Assembly (NCBI GenBank): GCA_964016885.1
Contig: OZ024741.1
Coordinates: 145,700,001 to 145,764,000, forward strand
DNA from: Eledone cirrhosa
Lineage: Eukaryota
Reading direction: 5' to 3'
DNA length: 64,000 bases
Position numbers and translations under genes: made by a program. Numbering within the stretch: position 1 is the first letter of the stretch; each line of letters starts with the position of its first letter. Positions 39,059 to 49,949 of the stretch are shown piece by piece. The notes beneath the pieces are model-generated. The model made no database searches, was not told where the DNA came from, and saw only the letters and a list, made by a program, of their open reading frames with translations.

Positions 39059-41882
39059 TATATACATATATATATATATATCTCAGTGTAATAAAGTAAT
39101 CTCAGTGTACAGGGTAAATGCAAGAATCTTTAAACTCAGACTAGTCCTGAATAAGACAATTACCACAATAATATCAGCTTACGCACCCCAATCGGGGCTG
39201 CCAGACGAACTTAAGGATAGGTTTTACGAGTCCCTAATACACACTACTGCTCTAACAGACGACAAGGACTTCCTAATCATTGCAGGAGATTTTAACGGAC
39301 ACGTAGGTAAACACTGCGACGGCTTCAATAGAGTACATGGAGGCCATGGAGTTGGCACAAGGAATGAGGAAGGATTCAGACTTCTAGAATTCTGCGACGC
39401 CAATGACATGTCGATATGTAACACAAACTTTAAAAAACCCGACAACCACCTGATCACCTATAGATCAGGGGAGCACTCTAGTCAGTTAGATTTTATCCTC
39501 ATCAGAGGACGTGACAGATGGACGGTTGTAAACACAAAAGCCTTCCCTAGTGAGGAATGTACATCCCAACATAGCTTAGTTGTCAGCGACCTCACGGTCA
39601 GAACTAGACGAGCCCTGAAACAGAGGCCAACCTGGAGAAGAAAGATCTGGAAGCTGAAAGTCCCCTCAACCAGTAACAGATTTAAAGATATTTTACTCAA
39701 CGCCTACGACAGTAAAGAAGAACAGATAGAGACATTTAACGTAGAAGAGAACTGGGAGTTCCTAAAAAATAACTTACTAGAGGCGACGGATGAGGTTTGT
39801 GGCTGGAGTAAGACCTCAAGCAGGAGGAGAGTGACTTGGTGGTGGAACAATAAGGTAGATGAAACAGTCAAGGCCAAGAGACAGGCATGGAAAGATTGGA
39901 AGAACGGGGGGAGCAGGGTACATTACATAGAGACCAAGAGGGAAGCTAGGCGACAAGTATACTTAGCTAGGAGGGAAGCAGAGGATAGAAAATTCAAGCA
40001 TGTTTTACAACGTGAGGACCAGAAACAGGAGGTATTCAAGATTGCGAGGCAGTGTGTCAGAGATAGTTGTGATGTCATTGGAGAGAAGTGTATCCGGAAT
40101 GATAAAGGTGAGCTTGCCCTCACAAGTGCTGAGAAGAAAGATGCATGGAAGAGTCATTATGATAGATTACTAAATGAGGAGAATGCATGGGAAGAAGAGA
40201 CCCTACCCCACGTAGACCCTATAGAGGGACCAGCAGTACAAGTCAGCGGCAGCGTAGTAAGTAAGGCAATCAGAGATATGAAGATAGGGAAGGCAACCGG
40301 TCCATCGGGTATAGCTGCCGAGATGCTGAAGGCATCTGGGTCTGTAGGTCACACTATAACCACACGTATCGTTAACCAGGTAATACTAGAGGGGGCCATA
40401 CCAAAAGATTGGTGCAGTAGCATCATTGTCAACTGCTACAAAGGTAAAGGCGATGCACTAGATAGAGGAAACTATAGAGTTATAAAGTTGATGGACCAGG
40501 TCATGAAAGTAACAGAAAGAGTTATAGCACAGCTGATTAGGAACCGGGTGAATATAGACGAGATGCAATTTGGGTTTGCACCAGGGAAAGGCACCACTGA
40601 TGCCCTCTTCCTTGTGAGGCAATTACAGGAAAAGTACCTAGCTAAAAGTAAGCCACTCTACTTGGCATTTGTCGACCTTGAGAAAGCCTTTGACAGAGTT
40701 CCACGTGCAGTAATCTGGTGGGCTCTTAGAAAACTAGGAGTAGATGAATGGCTTGTGAAAGCGGTACAAGCCATGTATAGGGGAGCAGTCAGCAAAGTTA
40801 GGATTAGCAATGAGTATAGCGAGGAATTTAGCGTACAGGTTGGGGTCCACCAGGGCTCTGTTCTTAGCCCTCTCCTGTTCATCATAGTCCTGCAGGCAAT
40901 AACGGAGGAGTTTAAGACCGGATGCCCATGGGAACTCCTGTATGCTGATGACCTCGCACTCATAGCTGAATCTATGGTACAACTAGAGAATAAATTCCAA
41001 ACCTGGAAGCAGGGACTAGAGAGAAAGGGCCTCAAAGTCAACATGACAAAGAGTAAGGTCCTTATAAGTAGACGAGAAAACAGAACCCAGATCCCCTCAG
41101 GGAAATGGCCTTGCTCAGTATGTAGGAAAGGTGTAGGTAGGAACTCCATTCTCTGCCCCAAATGCAAACAATGGGTACACAAGAGATGTAGCGGGATCTC
41201 AGGAAGCTTAATTAAGAATGTAGGATTCACATGCAGCAGCTGTGCTGAAACAGCAAGCAAACAGCCACAGGAAACAAGTACCACCAATCTCTGGGAGGGC
41301 CCTGTAGAAACAGTAGACAGCTTCTGCTACCTAGGTGACCGAATTAGCAACGGAGGTGGGTGCTCAGAAAGTACAATAACTAGGGTAAGAACGGGATGGA
41401 AGAAGTTTAGGGAACTACTACCACTGCTAGCTGCAAAAGGCTTCTCCCTCAGAATGAAAGGCAGACTGTATGATCCGTGTATCCGAACAGCGATGTTGCA
41501 TGGTAGTGAGACCTGGGCGCTGAAGGTGGAAGACTTACGTAGATTAGAGAGAAACGAAGCCTGCATGGTCCGATGGATGTGTAACAGTAATATACGTGAA
41601 CGACAAAGCATAAAGGAATTGAGAGAGAGACTGAGCATAAGAGGAATCAAATGCTGCGTGCAGGAGAGGCGGTTACGCTGGTATGGACATGTGATGCGTA
41701 TGAAGGATGACAGCTGCATAAAAAGGTGCAGAGCACTAGAAGTTGATGGAAACCGCGGAGTGGGGAGGCCCAAGATGACATGGGATGAGGTGATAAAAGC
41801 CGACCTTACCCAACTACACCTCTCAAAGTCAATGACACACGACCGTGACTTCTGGCGTCACGCAGTAATACAGGGTACCTGA
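39039..41882 (+). CDS. RTE ORF: partial AP endonuclease, RT and PHD-like finger (first ~14 codons are flanking sequence)
   Basis: SAYAPQ, AGDFNGH, QLDFIL, SQH; NYRVIKL, FVDLEKAFD, GVHQGSVLSP, YADD, FCYLGD. Confidence 0.9.
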   Translation: MEIRNSYIYIYIYISQCNKVISVYRVNARIFKLRLVLNKTITTIISAYAPQSGLPDELKDRFYESLIHTTALTDDKDFLIIAGDFNGHVGKHCDGFNRVHGGHGVGTRNEEGFRLLEFCDANDMSICNTNFKKPDNHLITYRSGEHSSQLDFILIRGRDRWTVVNTKAFPSEECTSQHSLVVSDLTVRTRRALKQRPTWRRKIWKLKVPSTSNRFKDILLNAYDSKEEQIETFNVEENWEFLKNNLLEATDEVCGWSKTSSRRRVTWWWNNKVDETVKAKRQAWKDWKNGGSRVHYIETKREARRQVYLARREAEDRKFKHVLQREDQKQEVFKIARQCVRDSCDVIGEKCIRNDKGELALTSAEKKDAWKSHYDRLLNEENAWEEETLPHVDPIEGPAVQVSGSVVSKAIRDMKIGKATGPSGIAAEMLKASGSVGHTITTRIVNQVILEGAIPKDWCSSIIVNCYKGKGDALDRGNYRVIKLMDQVMKVTERVIAQLIRNRVNIDEMQFGFAPGKGTTDALFLVRQLQEKYLAKSKPLYLAFVDLEKAFDRVPRAVIWWALRKLGVDEWLVKAVQAMYRGAVSKVRISNEYSEEFSVQVGVHQGSVLSPLLFIIVLQAITEEFKTGCPWELLYADDLALIAESMVQLENKFQTWKQGLERKGLKVNMTKSKVLISRRENRTQIPSGKWPCSVCRKGVGRNSILCPKCKQWVHKRCSGISGSLIKNVGFTCSSCAETASKQPQETSTTNLWEGPVETVDSFCYLGDRISNGGGCSESTITRVRTGWKKFRELLPLLAAKGFSLRMKGRLYDPCIRTAMLHGSETWALKVEDLRRLERNEACMVRWMCNSNIRERQSIKELRERLSIRGIKCCVQERRLRWYGHVMRMKDDSCIKRCRALEVDGNRGVGRPKMTWDEVIKADLTQLHLSKSMTHDRDFWRHAVIQGT

Positions 41883-42210
41883 CCTCCCATGGGTACATGC
41901 TGAAGCATATAAACAATATGCCCCCACTCCCCCCACCGCAAGGTGGTCGTGGAGGTGCCACGGCAAAAAAGCACCCAGCCCACACTGTAAAGTGGACGTG
42001 TAGGCGCCACGAAAAAGCACCCAGCACTCACTGTAAATGAGGTTGGTGTTAGGAAGGGCATCCAGCTGTAGAAATCAAGCCAGATCAGTTCCTGTATGAG
42101 CAAGGCATGGTCAGCCGACCAGACACTGCCCACAACAGGACAACCCGTCTAACCCATGCTAGCGTGGAAGAACGGACGTAAAACGGTGATGATGATGATG
42201 ATGATGATGA
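39081..42210 (+). mobile_element. Young RTE LINE (subfamily A), truncated inside the APE domain
   Basis: Long ORF, ~300-bp 3' UTR, (GAT)n tail, (TA)n on both sides. Confidence 0.96.
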
Positions 42211-43289
42211 TATATATATATATGTGTGTGTGTGTATAGAAATTTCGTATCTCCAAAGAAACACGGTTTTCGGAAGCTATAGCTATGCAAACACCGAGGG
42301 AGATGGGGGGGGGGGGGCTAACGTATGTATGAATGTATATTTGTGCATATGTATGTGTGCATATATTTGTATGTGTATATATATATATATATATATAATC
42401 CTTATCAAGCCCCCTTCAGATTTTAGTCTTCACATTTATTATTACTATATATATATATAAAGAGAGAGAGAGGTGGAGAGAGAGATAGAGATAGATAATA
42501 GATAGATAGATAGATAGCAAGTGAAAGAGATAGAGAGAGAGTGTGTGAGAGGTTGATGGATAGATAAATAGGCAGATAGACAGAAAGATAGATGGATCTG
42601 TATTTCATTTGACTGTCAAAAATATTACATTGCAGAAGTATAGTTCAGAAAAGTCAAAAACACTAACAGCAAAAGGTTGACAGCTGTATAAACATGCTGA
42701 AGTGTTCAAATTGGACAAAATGAAAAATATATAATTTTCTTAGCCTTAACTGTCTTCCTGGAGATTTCTCTCATGAAAATATTATTAGAAAGTACATTGA
42801 AAATATAAGAACTTTGATTTCTTTTCATAACTTGATAGGTAGGCTTAGCAGAAGAAGCAGTGCTCATTGCTTCACAGGCCATCTGAGACTGAAGAGATCA
42901 ATGTTACAAGATACTTCTTTGGCAAAGACATAAATAGGGAGGGAGAGTGTTCCAGAAACCCAATAATGTTTTGGGATGAAAAGACAAGGTGTAGTTGTTA
43001 GTGTAATGCATGGGAGCATCATGTGTGCAAAGAGGGATCATGGGTGCATTTTTCTTTTTACAATAACAATATCTGGTGTTCTAGCCTCTCAATCACTTGC
43101 TCACATTGGATGTTGAAATTCTACAGTTTAATATCCTAATTTTATTAAACTACATTAGATCGTTATTGCTACCATGTATCTGTTCTGTAAAAATTATATT
43201 TTTCACACAGATTCCAATGAAGAATGTGTGCTATGTTATCGTCTTTCCTTTTGTATTTTCTTTGTTCAGGTTTATTGTGGCTAATGCTA

Positions 43290-46200
43290 ATACCTTTTTG
43301 ACCATAAATCTACACAAAAGTGACTTTGCATTCAGATGTTACGATCTGATAAAATGCTCAAGCCAATTAAGAAACACGTTTTCTCCTTATGATCCTTCAC
43401 AATTATATCAAGTCTATTGTCCTTGAATTTTCTGTCAGTGTTCACAGGGAAATCTCACAGAATTGTTATGTTGTCGCTTCCTGTTACTGCATCTGGGTAA
43501 TGTTTGTACACTTTTCCATCTATTTTCAGACAATAAAATTGGCACATTATCCGGTGTAAGTATTGCCCCACTCTATCATATCTCATTTTGTATTCCTGGT
43601 GAGCTAATACTTTGTAGCCTGAAACCAGGTGGTCAATGGTCTCAACTTTGATATTCTTTGTGGCTTTAATTGCAGAATTGCGATCATTTTCATAATGTAT
43701 TCCCAATTCTTCCGTAAACTTCCTACTTTCTTTTGTGACTGATTGCAAACTCTTCTTCCTTTCATGATCTGCAACCATTTTCATCATCCATTTGTCTGTG
43801 GTTTTAAGGAACTGATCTAGTCCAATGGTCACTATCTCGTATGATATCTTGAGCTGAATCATTCCTCTACCTCTGTTATACTTTATTACAGGTCAATAAT
43901 TTTCTGATTTTGGTCCCTTCCCTTAATTTCAACCCATTCCAATTTATATTGAAACTGTTTGTGACAACTAGGCTTACAGGCGCATTTATCGCAGATAGTT
44001 TATTTCTTGAATTAAGCTCAGTTTTTAAGGCAGCATCTATTCTCTGGTACCATTCCTTCCTGGTGATCTCTTTCATGCTGGTGTTGTGAATATCTTGGCC
44101 TTCATTGATCCCTAGATATCTGTAGACTTGTTCCTGTTCTAGTCCCTTAATTACTGTATTTACATCTATTTCCATTGAGTTTGTACTTGTCATTCTGCCT
44201 TTCTTGAATGTTGCTTTGGTACATTTTTCCAGTCCAAATTCCATCCCTACACCCTGAATACCTTAACTGTCTTTAGCAGTCCTTCCAATTCGTTGTCGTT
44301 TTTGGCATACAGCTTCAAGTCATCCATATAAAAGAGTTGATTTACGGTTTTTCTGTCTATTTTGTAACCATATTTTGTTTTGTTGAGTGCTAGAGACAGT
44401 GGTGTGAGTGCAATGCAAAATATCAGGGAGAAAACGAATCACTCTGAAAAATACCACAGTTAATACTTATGCTGCTGGAATTTATTGCGCCACCACTGTG
44501 TGGCAATGATAGGTTTATATTCCATATAGACATGCAGTATTTTAGGAAATTTGATATTACTGGCAAAATTTTCAGAACATCCAAAGTTTTCAAAATCCAT
44601 AAGAAGAGACACTATCAAATGCTTTCTTACTGTCAATCCAAATGCAGTACTCTGATTTCTATACTTTTTATGGCAGTTTTCCAGAATCATATCAGAAAGT
44701 AGTCTTTGTATTCGTAAGACCCATGGCAACAACGCTTCTGCTTAATAGGGAAAAAGTGATTTTCATCCATAAATTTGTAGATTGATGTGAGAATTTTGTA
44801 TGATGTGGGAATGCAAGTGATAGGGCGATAATGTTTTGGAGTATTTGTTACCGTCGAGTTTTGGCAAGGAATATGTTATACCTTGTGCAAACCAATCAGG
44901 GGTTTTCTCAGGGTTACTCTTTTACCTGTTCCAGCCATCCGGCTGAGGCCATGCTAGGGCACTGCCCTTGCGCATAATTTAATTATAAGATTTTACCAAC
45001 ATATCATGGGTAGCAATTTGAGAGGATAACCAGACGTTTGGCACCATTTCAAAGTCAGGGGATTTCGATTTATTTGCTTTCTTTAGTGCCAATTCCTGTT
45101 CTTTCATAGTTATATCTTGAAAAGTCTTCCTTTCTAAATTATTGTTGTTTTTTCCATGATCTTTATCCATTCTGCATTCTCATTGTGAGATATTTCTGTA
45201 CTCCATACGATTTTCCAGAATTCTTTAATTTCATGAATTGAAGGCGATTCCTTTACTTGAATTGTCTGTGTCGCAATTTCCCTAAAACCCTTTTTGCATC
45301 AGACATAAACGGTTTATTTTGCCTGTAAAACCTATGTCACTTTTCAAATCTGCTGATTCTTTGAGCTTTCAGCTGTACTTTCTGATTGATGTAATATTAG
45401 GTTGTAAAGCTACTTTGTATTTCTTAATCACTTTCATTATTTTTGTTGATTTGACAGATATCCCAGGTCAGATTTCATCCAGGATAGATATTTCTCCCTT
45501 CATCATTTCAATTTCTCAATTTTTATCTTCCAGGGTGGCTTTTTCTAGTGTTGTGTCCTTTTTCACGTTTTCTTAACTGACATTTCGTTTCTATTACCAT
45601 TGCTGCTGCATATATAACCTCATTCAATTCTGATATATCAGACTCCACCTCTTCAATTATTGTTTTAACAATCTGATTTACAATTCTTATGTGTCATTTG
45701 TTCGGGTTGTTGCTTGCCAAATTTTGCAATGACTCTCTTTCAACCATACTAGTGTCTTTTTTTATATTTTTCCAAGTTCATTCATAATTTCTTGTTTTGT
45801 TTGTTCTATCTGATCTTTCAGCTGTTCTATCTGTCTTTCTGTTCTATCTGTTCTATCAGCTTGTTCTATCTGTCTTTCAGCTTGACCCTGATCTGTTGTG
45901 TTTCTTATACCTTCAATGTTCTGTGAAATCTCTCCTGGTGACAACATAGTCAATACTTTTTGTGATGTCTTTTCTGTCACATATTGATTTCTATCCCATA
46001 CTTATATTTGCATTCTGAAATCTTTTTCAAGATTCTTCTTAATTTCACTTAACCCTGCATCTGTTAGTCTCTTGTTTCTTAAAATATCTCATCTTACATT
46101 TGTAAGTTTGTTTTCATTCCGGTTTTGTCTCTTTTCTGGGTCTCTTTCTTTCCATACACTAAAAGAATTCACAGTGAGTTTTGATTCTGATGGGAGTGAT

Positions 46201-46400
46201 AGAATGCATATATCCCTTCTCAAATTCATTTGATACACTGAGTTTTTTGTCTTTCTTGTGGTGCTGAAATTGAAAGACTTGGATTGAGCTTATTCTTGTT
46301 CAAATGACCATTCAAGTCCATATTTAGAGAAGAGCTCATTTCAACTGCAAACATTTTGACCCTAGACTGATTCCTCCCTGAGGGATGCATCCTTAAATAA
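43290..46400 (-). mobile_element. Heavily decayed, near full-length R4/Dong-type LINE
   Basis: MEFGLEKC, YRYLGI, ETIDHLVSG, EYKMRYDRV, KSPD..VPNVW in successive minus-strand ORFs. Confidence 0.8.
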
Positions 46401-46598
46401 TAATATCAGAGTAGTTTCCATTAATAGTTGGATCTGTATGAATAGTAAAGTCCCAGTTGATTGTTGTTGTTATGTTTTTGTTTTAATGTTTATTTTCTTA
46501 ATCTCTATTATAAATTATATTTTACACAAAAAAACACACTGTATCGTCCTGTGCCACCTTTAATGTCTCCCTAATGTGAGTCCTGTGTAGCTAATATA

Positions 46599-47750
46599 CT
46601 GCTGTCAACACCCGCTACGTGGAGGGCTGGGCATGCCGTGGCTGATGATGCACAGACACGCGCTCAGGCTACGACATCTCCACCTCTTCCTCGACAGTGA
46701 TCAGGTGTGGTCGCCATTTGCTAGACGCGTCTTTCCCCAGCTCTTCTACTTGGCGGAGCTGCAGTCCTGGGTCAGGTGAAGATCGAGAGGGAGCGCTTGG
46801 AGACTGGAATGTCTTCAGGCGCTCACAGCCCTCGACCAATCGGGCAATGTGATCGGTGGAAACTCCACCTTGGCATTCTATAGAGGATTAGTGGAGGGGA
46901 AGAGCGACGACGTACTTGGGGAAATTCTAGGCACCGACGAAAATCAACTAGCCAATCTCTTCAGAAGAACTTTCGGGCCAGGGCCTATGGACAACTTCCA
47001 GAAATCCCTGGCCTGGCAGTGCTACCGAGGAGCTTTGCCAGTTCGGGATAAACTCTACAGGCATGGAGGTGCCGTCAGCCGGACATGTCCGAGATGCGCG
47101 CAGGGCGATGAACCGTCCTGAATGCACTCGTCCAGTGTCCGAGCATTGTTGACTTGTGGGTTTATGTCGAACACCTGCTGTCGCGTGTAGAACGGATCCG
47201 ACTATCAGCTGAGTCTATTGTGAGGATTGCCCCACCCTCTTCCTTTAGCCGGGGAGGGCAGGCAGTTTTTATCTGTCTGGTGGCCATGGCGAAAGATATA
47301 GTATGGTGGACACGTTTGAAAGGGCTGAAGACGAGCACTTGCCTCTTCGGTGATGCCCTGATTAACTTTCTCCAATTTCATTTGAAAAGGAAAATCAGGG
47401 TAGAGAGGGAGGTGCTCTCTTCCCAGCTTTTTGTTAAAAGATGGGTGAGAGAGGCAAAAATGGCCCGAGTTAATGGACCTACTCTGAGTATATGCCTGTA
47501 AATTGAAGGTGGAAAACTGGGAGAGGACACTTGCCCTGGTGGTCAGGGTCACCATGGCTTTTTTTAATGGGCTTTCTCCATGATGGCCCTCAGAAGTCTC
47601 CCCCCTATTGGGGAATTTTTCATTGTTCTTTTATTACATTCTCTGTATTTTGTTTTATACACGCAGAAATGCCCATTTGTACCGTCCTGTATTGTTCTGT
47701 ACTGTCCTTAATGTCTACATGTGTAAACCCTTGTGGTTAATAAAGAAAGC
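46599..47750 (+). mobile_element. L1/Tx1-type LINE 3' fragment
   Basis: ORFs 46849 and 47154 are paralogous to 52413..53300; CPRC..ALVQC; ends aataaagaaagcattattatt. Confidence 0.88.
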
Positions 47751-47972
47751 ATTATTATTGAGTCTGAATTTATGTCTTTTTGTTCGCTCCCGTAAGTTCA
47801 CTTATTTACCTATCAAAACTGATTTATATATTTGTTGTTGTTGTGTAAGGCATACAAGCCCTTGGACTTTGCTCTGTGAAAGGGAAAGAATAATATTTGG
47901 ACCTTTTGGCCGAAATATTTGAACTTTTTTACATTTTGCAAAATTATCTAGAAAAAAAAAACAAAAAAAAAC

Positions 47973-49917
47973 ATGGCTGAGCCACGCCCCTCAGCGATAT
48001 GTCTGCTGTCGTGCGAAATTAACACAAATTGATAACACAAACACAGCGAAATAAACACAAATTGATAACACAAACACCACCACAAACAATGTAAACAAAG
48101 ACACCAATGATACCAATGAGAACTCTAATTTTGATAAAAATGACAGTAACAGCGACAACGAAAATACAGATAATAAAAAAAAAATGACAAATGCAACAAC
48201 AATATCAACACCACTAACATGAAAACAAATAGCGACAACAGCAACATAACCAACTGCACCGAGAACAACGGTGGCAACAAAGACAACAGCGACAGTGATA
48301 ACAACAACACCAACAAGAACAACGACAACGACAACACACCCAACGACAACAAGAAGAACACTTTCGCTGAGGCCACAGCAAAAAAGAGGCCATGCTTCAA
48401 CATGGACCTCTCAAACAAAGATGAAAGGTTGGCCCAGGCATGGAAGCTCATCAAGCAAGAGCAAACCTGTGCCAACTTAACTGTCCCAGTAGAAGCTATT
48501 GAGGCAGTGGAGCGCAGAACGGTGCATTATAGATGCATCTCAGCACAAACAAAAAAGGCAGCTTTAATCCCACAAACAGATGTCGAAGTCGCACTGACGT
48601 GCATCAGAGAAGACACCGAATACATAGCGAGGGGCAGACAGTACGGCACCATTTCGGTGCTGTTCAAGTCAGAAGCCCTCGCTATGAAACACGCTATGAC
48701 TCCTTGCAAAACCAGCAAGGTCATAATGTACCCCTTCCACATGGGAAAAAGAACGGCCCGTCTCCGCATTCCTAGAATCCCACCAGGACTTGACATGTGG
48801 TCGCTTCTGTGATGTATGATTGTGGAGGGGACGGATACCGTCCCGATAGAAGTGACCAGAACGGGCAGAGAGGACTGGTCCGGAGTTGACCTGGAGATCC
48901 TTCTCCAGATCAGGCCCGAGAATGTGAAGACAATCCCGGACGACATCCGCCTTAAAAATGGGACGGTCATTCATATTATGACCGAGGGAAAGGTCGCATT
49001 GTTTTATTTGTGGGGAAAAAACCCATTTGCGAGCTTTCTGCCCTCAACTGCTGAAAGATGCAAGGGGTCGAAAGGCTCTACTGCTGCCGACGCCGGGGCG
49101 AGGACCACAACCAACACCAGCACCGGCAAAACAACCAACAACAACACCAACATTGACCACCTAGGGGGGAAACGAAGAAAGTTGTCAAATTCCCCCCCCC
49201 CCCCCAAAAAAAAATACACACACCAATAAAACCATAAACACACACAGACACACTACCACACAGATCCCTCATCTACCAGTAGTGAAGATGAGGGAAAATC
49301 AAAATCCCCCAAAATACAAAAAAAGAAACACAAAAAGAAAAAATAACTCAACAAAGCACAAAATCACCCACAATAAAAAATGCAGACACCACCCACGGAA
49401 ACATCTCTCCAATAACACCAACATCAACACCACCACCACCATCACCAGAATCCTCCAAATACAAACAACCGAACCAGACGCAAGAACAAATACACACACA
49501 AATATCTGAAACCACAGACACCGCACTCACAACAAACACAAACACAACCGAAATAACACCATCAAAACCATCACCACCACAACCACGCAAACAAATAAAA
49601 TCACACCAACAAAACATACAAACTTCGTGCTCGTTAGGAGGGCCAACAAGGAACTGATGGCCCTCCTAGCACGAAGTGAAAATATACAAAAAGAGGGGGA
49701 CATTTTTAAATCGAGTACATTTCGCGTGCCGGAAGATTTGTTTCTGGTGTGAATGTCGCTCGATTTATACAAAGAAATACGAGACAGCTTTCCTCGGGAC
49801 GTGGGAACCCCGAACGTAAAACCCACTTCAAGACTTTTAAAGGGGTTCCCAAAAGAAAACCCACCAACTCTGGAGGTCGAACCACCCGACCTTCACAAGA
49901 GCCCGGAAGGTAAGTAA
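47973..49917 (+). pseudogene. Tx1-type ORF1 (Asn/Thr-rich ends, CCHC knuckle)
   Basis: TFAEAT motif; CFICGEKTHLRAFC (CX2CX4HX4C) at 49000-49041; stops and frameshifts. Confidence 0.7.
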
Positions 49918-49949
49918 ACCTTTCCTCTCTCTTTTTTTAACCTGCCAAT

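Noticed and set aside
48219-48812. Asn-rich ORF as a possible host low-complexity protein
   Set aside because: It lies directly upstream of a CCHC knuckle and an APE-RT ORF, so it is LINE ORF1.
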